Position numbers and translations under genes: made by a program | Notes under the pieces: generated by a model | Databases searched by the model: none | What the model saw: the letters and a program-made list of their open reading frames with translations, nothing else | What the model was told of the DNA's origin: nothing | From: Planctomycetota bacterium | GTDB taxonomy: Bacteria; Patescibacteriota; Patescibacteriia; Patescibacteriales; UBA12465 | Reading direction: 5' to 3' | Length of the DNA: 34,988 nt | Assembly (NCBI GenBank): GCA_025453315.1 | Contig: JALOQQ010000001.1 | Coordinates: 1-34,988 of the forward strand | Shown here: positions 9,404 to 17,374 of the stretch, one piece after another | How positions within the stretch are numbered: the first letter of the stretch is position 1 | Layout of the letters: each line of letters begins with the position of its first letter

Positions 9404-9795
9404 GTAACTTTTTAACCCTAAAATATTGGTTTTCTCTTAGACCAGAGGCAATTTTACCAATCTTTTTTAAAGTGTTAGTGATTTTTGTGGTTTTATTATT
9501 AGTGGCTGTAGTTGTTTTTTACTGGCTACAAAAGAAAAAGGGCCTGTATCGTTTTTTTTACGAGGATCTAATGAACTTTTCCTCTACTAATTTTCTTCTT
9601 GGTTTGTTGTTAGTTTTTTTTAGTTATGAACGTGTGCCATTTTTTGCTGCTCGTTTTTGGTTTGTTTTATGGGGCGCGGGAATGCTTTGGTGGTTAATCA
9701 GAATAGGTTTGAAATTAAAGAAAATACCAGAGAAAAAGAAGGAATGGGAGAAAAATAACGAACTTAGTAAATATTTACCTAAACAGAAAAACTAA
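9400..9795 (+). CDS. Small membrane protein, unknown function
   Basis: It has three or four hydrophobic helices and is translationally coupled to the methyltransferase by a 4-nt overlap. Confidence 0.55.
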   Translation: MSNFLTLKYWFSLRPEAILPIFFKVLVIFVVLLLVAVVVFYWLQKKKGLYRFFYEDLMNFSSTNFLLGLLLVFFSYERVPFFAARFWFVLWGAGMLWWLIRIGLKLKKIPEKKKEWEKNNELSKYLPKQKN

Positions 9796-9869
9796 TTTTA
9801 CTTTGAGATGTTCGGATTGCGTATTGTTATATAATTTATCATTTTTCAATTTGATTAATAGATTTTATA

Positions 9870-9903
9870 AAAAGACCGTTTTTAGCGGTCTTTTTATTTT
9901 TTT
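9870..9903 (+). terminator. Rho-independent terminator ending the 6340-9795 operon
   Basis: The stem aaaagaccg (9870-9878) / cggtctttt (9886-9894) is followed by a T-rich tail. Confidence 0.65.
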
Positions 9904-10009
9904 GTCACAAATTATTTGTTTTAATTGCTCGAGAGGAGTTTTAAAAAAGAAAATTTTATTAATTTATTGTTATGTGTTTAACATGTTTTATTTAAATAAG
10001 TAGAAAAAT

Positions 10010-10375
10010 ATGACTAATTTTTGTACTAATAGTAAAATCAAAGGAAACTGGGGGGAGACTTTAGCTAGTCAATATTTAGAGAAAATGGGTTTTACTATTA
10101 TTGGTCGCAATATGCGAATAAAGAGTAAAGAAGCTGATATTGTTGCTAATTATAATAAAGAAATTCATTTTATTGAAGTAAAAACACGTTTTTTTGATCA
10201 ATCAAATCGTTTTTTATCAGCTAAACAAATTGTTAATTTTAAAATTTTTCGTCTGGCATATTGTCGTAAATTTAATTTGAAAATCGAAAGAACTTCTTGG
10301 GACTTAATTCAAATTATTATTAATAAAAAAAACAAAATTGCTAAATTAAGCTATTTTAAAGATATTTTTATTTAG
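10010..10375 (+). CDS. yraN: YraN family (UPF0102) endonuclease-like protein
   Basis: GNWGETLASQYLEKMGFTIIGRNMRIKSKEADIVANYNKEIHFIEVKTR matches the YraN G.xGE..A..yL...G..i...N.r...gE.DiVa.....lhFiEVKtR pattern. Confidence 0.8.
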   Translation: MTNFCTNSKIKGNWGETLASQYLEKMGFTIIGRNMRIKSKEADIVANYNKEIHFIEVKTRFFDQSNRFLSAKQIVNFKIFRLAYCRKFNLKIERTSWDLIQIIINKKNKIAKLSYFKDIFI

Positions 10376-10468
10376 GCATTTTAACAGGCTTGGTTAAAAT
10401 AGTTTGTTGGTGTTATTTTACAGAGATTTGGTAAACTAATGAAGATTTGTGATATAATTTAGGTTATC

Positions 10469-11695
10469 ATGCAGATAATAAAACAAAATTTTTCTTGGTT
10501 AAGAATTCTATTTTTTTCGGTAAATATTATTTTTTATCTTTTTTTTGCTTGGCTCTCGTTGTCTAGAGGAAATTTTATTACAGAACATTTAGAGACCTTT
10601 TCCGTCTTTGGACACTTATTAGTTAAATTAATTTTTTTATTTCTTTCTCTTTGGTATGCTTTTTTTATTTTTTTAAGAAAAAAATGGCAGGAGATAGAGC
10701 TAAGAGTATCGTTCATAATTATTTTAGTAATTTGTTTATTTACTTTTCCCATTCTTTCTCAGGATACCTCATATTATTTTTTCATGGCTAGAAATTTTTT
10801 TTCTGGTTTAAATCCTTATTTTGTTCCACTTAATTATAATAATGAGTTTAGTCATTTGTTTCATTCCTATTGGGTGTCACTTCCCACCCCCTATGGCCCC
10901 AGTTTTTTGCCTTTCTTTTTTTTACCCGCGTTAGTTTTTAAGAATTCGCTTATCGGGGCAATATATTTTTATAAACTTATTGTTTTGGGTGTTTTTTTGT
11001 TTTCTTTATTCATTTTTAAAAAGATTTTAATTATTAAAAAATTACCAGCTCATTTATTTTGGTTTTATGCTTTTAACCCAGCGCTTTTATTACAGTTAGT
11101 TATAGACGGCCACAATGAACTTATTATCATTACCTTTTTGCTTTTATCATTATTTTATTTAACACTCGAAAAAAAAGTTTGGGCTCAGGCTAGCTTGATT
11201 ATTTCCATTTTTATAAAATACACCTCATTCATTCTTTGGCCGATAATGTGGTTTAAAGATGGAAAGTTTTCGGGAAAGAATTTTTTTTATTCCAACTTTA
11301 TCTTAATAGCGTCTACTATTATTATTCTTTTTGCCTCTGGCCTTTTACCTAAACAGATATTTTCCAATTTAGCCTATCTTAATCAATCTTGTTTTTATGT
11401 TTGTTCGCCCCTCATGCAATTAATAGATAATTATTTTATTAACTATGAGTTTATTATCAGGTTTTCCATTTTTTTTGTCTTATATTTATTAATATTATAT
11501 GTTTTTCTTTTCCGAAAATTTAGTAGAGAAAAATTTATTTTTTGGACTTTAGTTGTTTTTCTTTTTATATTTATCAGATCATTAACGCCCTGGTATATTC
11601 TTTTAATAATTCCCTTTGGTATTTTGGCTAATGACCGTAAATATCTTTCAGCTAGTTTGTTTTTCAGTATCTATTCTTTATTTTTTTACCCCTAA
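10469..11695 (+). CDS. Polytopic membrane protein, GT-C-fold glycosyltransferase-like (DUF2029-like)
   Basis: The 408-aa protein has about 10 or more hydrophobic helices. Its first external loop carries SQDTSYYFFMARNFFSGLNPY...LPTPYGPSF, a pattern typical of GT-C mannosyltransferase-like proteins. Confidence 0.5.
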   Translation: MQIIKQNFSWLRILFFSVNIIFYLFFAWLSLSRGNFITEHLETFSVFGHLLVKLIFLFLSLWYAFFIFLRKKWQEIELRVSFIIILVICLFTFPILSQDTSYYFFMARNFFSGLNPYFVPLNYNNEFSHLFHSYWVSLPTPYGPSFLPFFFLPALVFKNSLIGAIYFYKLIVLGVFLFSLFIFKKILIIKKLPAHLFWFYAFNPALLLQLVIDGHNELIIITFLLLSLFYLTLEKKVWAQASLIISIFIKYTSFILWPIMWFKDGKFSGKNFFYSNFILIASTIIILFASGLLPKQIFSNLAYLNQSCFYVCSPLMQLIDNYFINYEFIIRFSIFFVLYLLILYVFLFRKFSREKFIFWTLVVFLFIFIRSLTPWYILLIIPFGILANDRKYLSASLFFSIYSLFFYP

Positions 11696-11701
11696 TATTA
11701 T

Positions 11702-13291
11702 ATGTTGCAAAATCAATCCAAAAAGATTGCTATAATTATCGGCGCCGGACCAGCGGGGTTAACGGCGGCTCTTGAACTTTTAAAACAAAAAGATGTTTTG
11801 CCCTTAGTTATTGAAGAAAAAAACATTGTTGGCGGAATAAGCGCCACTATTGATTTTAATGGTAATAAAATGGATATCGGCGGTCATCGTTTTTTTTCTA
11901 AATCAGAAACTGTTAATAAACTTTGGTTTTCTTTTTTGCCGTTACAAGGCCATCCCAGCATTGATGATAAGTTTTTAAATAAAGAAAAAAAATATTCTAA
12001 ATTGCCATCAGCCCCAGACCCAGAAAAAGAAGATAAAACTATTTTAATTAGAGATCGTTATTCGAGAATTTATTATTTAAAAAAGTTTTTTTCTTATCCA
12101 ATTTCTTTAAAATTAGAAACTTTTTTAAATTTAGGAATAGTGCGAAGTTTAAAAATAATTTTTAGTTATTTTTATGCTCGTATTTATAGAATTTTGCCCG
12201 AAAAATCTTTAGAAGATTTTATGATAAATCGTTTTGGCAAAGAGTTATATTTAACTTTTTTTAAAGATTATACTAAGAAAGTTTGGGGAATTGATTCAGA
12301 ATATTTACCAGCTGATTGGGGCGTTCAGCGCATTAAAGGTATTTCTTTATCTAAAGTTGTTTTTAAAGCCATTTTATCTTTATGGCCTTTTACTAAAGGC
12401 ACTAGTAAAAATAAAAAAATTGAAGCTAGTTTAATTGAAGAGTTTTTTTATCCTAAATATGGCCCAGGGCAACTTTGGCAGGAGATGAAAAATAAAATAG
12501 AAAATTCTGGCGGTATTGTAAAATTAAATTCACGTTTGCGTAAGATAGATGTATTAAACAATGTTGTACTTGGGGTAGAGATTGAAAATAATGGAAAAAT
12601 TGATTATATCAAGTGTGATTACTTATTATCTTCTATGCCGATTAAAGATTTAGTTAATTCCTTTTCTCAGGTTGTTCCAGAAAAGATAAAAAATATTGCC
12701 AATGGTTTATTATATCGTGATTTTATTAGTTTGGGGGTCTTGGTAAAAAAATTAAAAATCAAAAATTCTACTCAGATAAAAACCATTAATAATATAATTC
12801 CAGATACTTGGATTTATATTCAAGAACGAGAAGTAAAAATTGGACGTTTACAAGTTTTTAATAATTGGAGCCCTTATTTAGTTAAAGATTTTTTAAACAC
12901 AGTTTGGTTGGGTTTAGAATATTTTGTCCAAGAGGGCGACGAACTTTGGTCTTTAAGTGAAGAGGACTTTAAAAATTTTGCTATTAATGAATTAGAGAAA
13001 ATTGGTATTTTAGAAAAAGAAGATGTTTTAAATGCTCATCAGGCAAAAATAAAAAAAGCCTACCCCTCTTATTTTGGGTCCTATGCCGAATTTCCATTAT
13101 TGAAAGAGTATATTAATAAAATTAGTAACCTTTATCTTATTGGTAGGAATGGTCAACATCGTTATAATAATATGGATCATTCTATGCTTTCAGCACTGGA
13201 GGCGGTTTCTAATATTAAAAATAATATTATCAGTAAAGATAATATTTGGGCGGTTAATAGTGAAGAAGATTATCATGAAACAAAAAAATAA
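11702..13291 (+). CDS. FAD-dependent oxidoreductase, UDP-galactopyranose mutase-like
   Basis: The N-terminal dinucleotide fold is IAIIIGAGPAGLTAALEL...EEKNIVGG. The C-terminal motif LIGRNGQHRYNNMDHSMLSALEA resembles the GRLxxYxYxNMD motif of the Glf/UGM family. Confidence 0.65.
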   Translation: MLQNQSKKIAIIIGAGPAGLTAALELLKQKDVLPLVIEEKNIVGGISATIDFNGNKMDIGGHRFFSKSETVNKLWFSFLPLQGHPSIDDKFLNKEKKYSKLPSAPDPEKEDKTILIRDRYSRIYYLKKFFSYPISLKLETFLNLGIVRSLKIIFSYFYARIYRILPEKSLEDFMINRFGKELYLTFFKDYTKKVWGIDSEYLPADWGVQRIKGISLSKVVFKAILSLWPFTKGTSKNKKIEASLIEEFFYPKYGPGQLWQEMKNKIENSGGIVKLNSRLRKIDVLNNVVLGVEIENNGKIDYIKCDYLLSSMPIKDLVNSFSQVVPEKIKNIANGLLYRDFISLGVLVKKLKIKNSTQIKTINNIIPDTWIYIQEREVKIGRLQVFNNWSPYLVKDFLNTVWLGLEYFVQEGDELWSLSEEDFKNFAINELEKIGILEKEDVLNAHQAKIKKAYPSYFGSYAEFPLLKEYINKISNLYLIGRNGQHRYNNMDHSMLSALEAVSNIKNNIISKDNIWAVNSEEDYHETKK

Positions 13292-13341
13292 TTTTACAAT
13301 AATCCTTCAAATATTTTTTGGCTTAAGTCAATGATGTTTAT

Positions 13342-14037
13342 TTAAAACCAATTTTTAAAACGCCAAACAAACAAACGCCAGAAATGTTGAAAGAATTGTT
13401 TTACTATCTTTCCATCCATTTTACTCGTTCCCAATTCTCTATTTTTAAAACTATAAGGAAGTTCTAAATAATTTTTGAATTTTCCTTTCACTAAAATTTC
13501 TAAAAGTATTTTATAGCCCAATGGTTCTAGTTTTACTTCATTAATAACTGATTTTTTTAACATAAAAAATCCACTCATAGGATCTTTTATTTTAATGCCC
13601 AAAAGAATAGTTAGTTTTGTACAGAAAAGAGAGCCCAATTTTCTGGACCAAGGCCATTCTTCAATGGCCCCGCCTTGAGCATGGCGACTGGCAATAATTA
13701 AATCGTAATTAAAAATATTTTTTACCATTTCCGGTATTAGATCGGCGGGATGAGAGAGATCGGCGTCCATAACTGCCAAAATATCTCCTTTTGCTTCTTG
13801 GAAGCCACGCAAGACAGCGGTGGCTAAGCCGCGTTCTTGACGACAAACATATTTAATAAAAGAATGTTGTTTTTGTTGTTCTTGGATAACAGCAATAGTC
13901 TTATCGGTTGATGTGTCGTCAATAAAAATAACCTCGAATTCAATGTTTGGGCAAAGAGAAAAAGCCTTGGTTAATTTTTCCAATAAAACCGGAATTGATT
14001 TTTCTTCGTTGAGAGTGGGGATGATTAAAGAAATCAT
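13342..14037 (-). CDS. GT2 polyprenyl-phosphate glycosyltransferase (Dpm1/GtrB-like)
   Basis: The pattern is ISLIIPTLNEE...VIFIDDTSTDKT...RGLATAVLRGF..A.GDILAVMDADLSHP. The size (231 aa) is typical of dolichyl/polyprenyl-phosphate mannose or glucose synthases. Confidence 0.85.
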   Translation of the reverse strand: MISLIIPTLNEEKSIPVLLEKLTKAFSLCPNIEFEVIFIDDTSTDKTIAVIQEQQKQHSFIKYVCRQERGLATAVLRGFQEAKGDILAVMDADLSHPADLIPEMVKNIFNYDLIIASRHAQGGAIEEWPWSRKLGSLFCTKLTILLGIKIKDPMSGFFMLKKSVINEVKLEPLGYKILLEILVKGKFKNYLELPYSFKNRELGTSKMDGKIVKQFFQHFWRLFVWRFKNWF

Positions 14038-15668
14038 GGTTTTAAATAAATTATACTAATTTTATCCTCGTAAATTATTCGCCATTTACCAGAATTATTA
14101 AGATGAGTTATTATGCTATTTTCTTTAGGAATAAGATCATTATCTTTAATTTCAAAAAAGAAACGCTCAAACCAATTAAATTTAAAATTAGAATTTTTTT
14201 CTATCATTATTAAACCAATATTATATTGATTTAATTTTGATTCTACTAAATCTTTATCAAAGAAATTATAATATTCTCTTAAAAAAGTCGTACCGTTAAT
14301 TGGATATTGTGGTAAGCGTCCATCAATAAAAAGTTTTCTTTCCGGATAAGTCCAAATCATAAACCCACCCCAACCGTAATTATTAAATATTCTTTTTTCG
14401 TTATATTCGGGATGATCTTTAAGAAATTGTATGGCCGCACAAGGGAAGCTCTGACAAAAGTTGGTAAAGGGATCTTTAAATAGATTAATTTTTGGTATCA
14501 CGCAAGTTATAAGAAAAATAACTGTAATGATAACAGTTGTTTTTAAAAATAAAGAGACGTATTTGTTAAAAACTATTTTTTTTATTTCAAAAAGAGAATA
14601 ATAATAATGAATAGTTAAAGGAAGAGAAGCGACAAAAAAAAGCGGTACATGTCTGCGCGATTTAAAACTCATTATTAATAATATTAGAGTTAGTCCTAAT
14701 CGCCACCAAGAAGTGCCGATTTTTTTATAAGCATAAAAATAGGTAACCAAACCACTTAAAAATAATCCTAAATAAAGTAAGCCCCAATAATGAAATGGGT
14801 AATTAGATTGTGATAACCACTCTGAAATATGAGATTGATAATAATTATCTCGATAATTTAATAAAAATTTATATAACTCTATGTTATAGGGAGTTAAAAG
14901 TGTTACCAGAAACACACCTAGAGCGAAAAATAAAACAACTTTAATCTGTTTTAAAGATAAATAAGTATTGTTTTCGGAATAATTTAATAATTTAAAATTA
15001 TGATAACGAAGAATATTTTCGACTGTTTTTATAATTAACCAAAATCCTAAAACGAAACCACCAAACAGGAAGCCCCCATGGAGCATGGCCCAAAGCCAAA
15101 ACAGCGGTAATAGCCAGAAAAGGATGAAAAAATAATTCTTTTTTTTATTTGAACAAGCTAATTCGTATTTTTTTAAAATTAAAAGTAGTAGAGTTAAAAA
15201 AAGAAAGGTAAATTCTTGCATGCGTACGCCCATAAAACTGCCAATTGCAAAATAACCAATAATAAAAAAAGGTAAAATAAAAAAATCAGCTTTAGAATTT
15301 TCTTTCCTAATTTCCCGATGCAGAAGTGCAAAAACAATTATTACTAGTAAAGAAAAAAAGATATTAACGGTCGGATAGCCAAAATAATTAAAAGTTAAGT
15401 AAGTAAGAAGGTTGGAGAGCCATTCGTGATCCACCCAGCGACCACCCATTATCGTATAATCAAAGTGATCAAAACGAGGAACTTCTTTAGTGAGCCAAAT
15501 TTCTTGGCCATCTTTAAGATGCCAACCTAGATCAGGATTAAGGTAAGAATAAGAATTTTTTAAAAATAATAAGAAAAATAAAATATAGCCCAGAATCCAA
15601 AGGCAATGTTTAAAAGTAAAATAATTATTATTTTCAGTATTTTTTTTAATGATTTTATTCCAAAACAT
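14034..15668 (-). CDS. Polytopic membrane protein, GT-C-fold glycosyltransferase-like
   Basis: The 544-aa protein has many TM helices. Its first loop holds acidic motifs (PRFDHFDYTIMGGRWVDHEWL) and it has a soluble C-terminal domain. Its TGA stop overlaps the start of the GT2 gene (ATGA), implying coupling. Confidence 0.5.
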   Translation of the reverse strand: MFWNKIIKKNTENNNYFTFKHCLWILGYILFFLLFLKNSYSYLNPDLGWHLKDGQEIWLTKEVPRFDHFDYTIMGGRWVDHEWLSNLLTYLTFNYFGYPTVNIFFSLLVIIVFALLHREIRKENSKADFFILPFFIIGYFAIGSFMGVRMQEFTFLFLTLLLLILKKYELACSNKKKNYFFILFWLLPLFWLWAMLHGGFLFGGFVLGFWLIIKTVENILRYHNFKLLNYSENNTYLSLKQIKVVLFFALGVFLVTLLTPYNIELYKFLLNYRDNYYQSHISEWLSQSNYPFHYWGLLYLGLFLSGLVTYFYAYKKIGTSWWRLGLTLILLIMSFKSRRHVPLFFVASLPLTIHYYYSLFEIKKIVFNKYVSLFLKTTVIITVIFLITCVIPKINLFKDPFTNFCQSFPCAAIQFLKDHPEYNEKRIFNNYGWGGFMIWTYPERKLFIDGRLPQYPINGTTFLREYYNFFDKDLVESKLNQYNIGLIMIEKNSNFKFNWFERFFFEIKDNDLIPKENSIITHLNNSGKWRIIYEDKISIIYLKP

Positions 15669-15690
15669 ACTAACTTTATACCATGTTTTA

Positions 15691-15719
15691 TTGTCTTACT
15701 CAAGAATATGTGTTACAAT
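15691..15719 (+). promoter_or_regulatory. Candidate sigma70-type promoter for the pilin array
   Basis: The -35 TTGTCT (15691-15696) is followed by a 17-nt spacer that includes TGn, then the -10 TACAAT (15714-15719). This leaves a leader of about 100 nt before the ATG at 15827. Confidence 0.4.
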
Positions 15720-15826
15720 ATTTATTAGAACTGCTCTACAGCAGTATTTCTGCTGTTTTAATTAATAAGTCTATTATCTTAAAACAGTTTTAATTTTAAA
15801 ATTAATATCTAGAGGGGTGGTGAACT

Positions 15827-16210
15827 ATGAATAAAACTTTAAAACATTTAGTTTCTTTCGCCGTTATTGCTGTTTTTGCTTTTGGCATACTAGCTATTGC
15901 TCAACCAGCATCAGCTCAGTTAAACGTTGGTTTAAATGATTCTAACGTAACTGGTATCGGTCTTGGTAGTAAAGATCCTAAAGCAATTGCTAACTACGTT
16001 ATCAAATTGGCTTTAGGTTTCTTAGGTTTAATCGCCGTGGTTATTTGTTTGATCGGTGGTTTCAAATGGATGACTGCCGCTGGTAACGAAGAGCAGGTTG
16101 GTGAAGCTAAGAAATTGTTAGGTGCTGGTTTAATCGGTTTAGTAATTATCTTAACCGCTTACGGCTTGTCTACCTACGTTATTACTCAGTTAATGAGTGC
16201 TACCAGCTAG
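15827..16210 (+). CDS. VirB2/TrbC-like two-helix pilin family protein P1 (candidate major subunit)
   Basis: It has a strong SD agaggggtggtg, a signal peptide ending PASAQ and the core LIGGFKWMTAAGNEEQVGEAKKLLGAGLIGLVIILTAY. Its codon choice is more biased (ggt/gct/atc) than its neighbours. Confidence 0.8.
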   Translation: MNKTLKHLVSFAVIAVFAFGILAIAQPASAQLNVGLNDSNVTGIGLGSKDPKAIANYVIKLALGFLGLIAVVICLIGGFKWMTAAGNEEQVGEAKKLLGAGLIGLVIILTAYGLSTYVITQLMSATS

Positions 16211-16243
16211 TTCTGTTTTCTATTGTCGATTTTAGAAAAATTT

Positions 16244-16266
16244 GGTCCCTTCCTAATGAAGGGACC
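16244..16266 (+). terminator. GC-rich hairpin between P1 and P2 (possible partial terminator or mRNA-stabilising stem)
   Basis: A 9-bp stem ggtcccttc / gaagggacc with loop ctaat is followed by only a weak T tract (accgtcttt). Confidence 0.4.
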
Positions 16267-16314
16267 ACCGTCTTTGGCAGAAAAATATTTGTGCCAAGAA
16301 GGGTGGTCAATATT

Positions 16315-16731
16315 ATGAAAAAAATATTTAACTTTGTTAAAAAAACAAGCTTATTATTAGGAGTATTGTTTTTTTTGTTTTTGGGAATTAGTCCTGTGTT
16401 AGCTCAGAGTAAAGATGGTGATTATGGTTTAGCTGAAACGGTTGGTGAGGGACAAATTCAAGGGGCAATGAAAACAAAAAATGTTGATAGTGGAGCCTGG
16501 GGTTTTGTCACCTCAGAATTGGGACGTATTATTGGTTACGCTTTATCTTTTGTTGGTGTCATATTTTTAGTTTTAATGATATACGGCGGTATATTATGGA
16601 TGACTGCTCAGGGTAATGAAGAACAAACAAAAAAAGCCAAGACCTTGATTGTTGATGCAGTAATTGGTTTAGTTATAGTAATGTCTGCTTATGCTATTAC
16701 GGCTTTTGTTGGACAAGCTTTAACTGAGTAA
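16315..16731 (+). CDS. VirB2/TrbC-like two-helix pilin family protein P2
   Basis: The ATG at 16315 follows the SD gaagggtgg, whereas the ORF-track start at 16291 is GTG with no SD. The signal peptide ends PVLAQ and the core is MIYGGILWMTAQGNEEQTKKAKTLIVDAVIGLVIVMSAY. Confidence 0.8.
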   Translation: MKKIFNFVKKTSLLLGVLFFLFLGISPVLAQSKDGDYGLAETVGEGQIQGAMKTKNVDSGAWGFVTSELGRIIGYALSFVGVIFLVLMIYGGILWMTAQGNEEQTKKAKTLIVDAVIGLVIVMSAYAITAFVGQALTE

Positions 16732-16733
16732 TT

Positions 16734-17363
16734 ATGAAAAAAATATTATTAATAATTTTTATTGCGGTATTATTTTCCATTATTACGATAAATAGAGTAT
16801 CAGCTTTGGTTGTTAACTCTGATAAAGATCCTTTTAAAGTAGATTTGCAAAAAGGTTCGCCAATAAATAAAATAGATCCGCTTACCGGGCAAATAGAGCT
16901 TAATGCTGATAATTCTCTTAAAACCCCTTCCTCCAAAGATGTTGCTATACCAAAAGAGGGATATAATTTTTTACAAAACAGTGGATTAGAAAGTACGGCT
17001 GCTAAGTCAGGACATCTTGATAATTCAACCGGAGGTGATGGGGAAACGGACTTAATGTATACAATTGGGCATGTTATAAGGACAGTTATGTCTTGGTTGA
17101 GCGTTGGTTGTTTGCTTTTATTAATATATGGAGGAGTCCTTTGGATGACCGCTTCGGGAAATGATGATCAAATTAAAAAAGCCAAAGCTATTTTAAAAAA
17201 TACTATAATTGGAGTGGTAATTATTGTGTCAGCTTATGCCGTAACCACCTTTATTATGGATCAGTTGGTTAAGCCAGTAGAGAGTCCAACTTTAAAAACA
17301 ATACAAAGTAAAGGAGGAACAATACCTAATACTACTCCCAATATTATTATACCTTCTAAATAA
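16734..17363 (+). CDS. VirB2/TrbC-like two-helix pilin family protein P3 (long form)
   Basis: The core is LIYGGVLWMTASGNDDQIKKAKAILKNTIIGVVIIVSAY. It is preceded by about 110 aa of unique sequence and followed by a roughly 30-aa Thr/Pro/Ile-rich tail. The gene starts 2 nt after the P2 stop. Confidence 0.8.
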   Translation: MKKILLIIFIAVLFSIITINRVSALVVNSDKDPFKVDLQKGSPINKIDPLTGQIELNADNSLKTPSSKDVAIPKEGYNFLQNSGLESTAAKSGHLDNSTGGDGETDLMYTIGHVIRTVMSWLSVGCLLLLIYGGVLWMTASGNDDQIKKAKAILKNTIIGVVIIVSAYAVTTFIMDQLVKPVESPTLKTIQSKGGTIPNTTPNIIIPSK

Positions 17364-17374
17364 TGATTTAGTAT

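Noticed and set aside
9803-10003. 66-aa ORF in the spacer before yraN
   Set aside because: It starts at TTG without an SD and runs straight through the terminator hairpin at 9870-9894. It is Phe/Leu/Ile/Cys-rich junk-like sequence, so the region is better explained as terminator plus promoter.
7225-13334. Short ORFs 7225-7437(-), 8323-8505(+), 10534-10752(-) and 13140-13334(+)
   Set aside because: They are overlapping or alternative-frame ORFs within the solute-binding protein, RodZ-like, GT-C-like and flavoprotein genes. They are best explained as chance open frames.
9398-14037. Possible alternative genetic code (UGA recoding as in Gracilibacteria/Absconditabacteria)
   Set aside because: TGA clearly terminates the methyltransferase (9401-9403) and the GT-C-like gene (complement of 14034-14036). 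In both cases it forms ATGA overlaps with the next start. All family-recognisable genes are full length under code 11.
16291-16314. N-terminal extensions proposed by the ORF track (GTG at 16291 for P2, 18129 for P6, 19365 for the secreted protein, TTG at 19445 for PLD)
   Set aside because: In each case an internal ATG gives a canonical signal peptide or start context: SD gaagggtgg before 16315, MFKKIIF at 18174 without overlapping P5, MKKTMILV at 19311 and ATG at 19454. The extensions add non-conserved residues.
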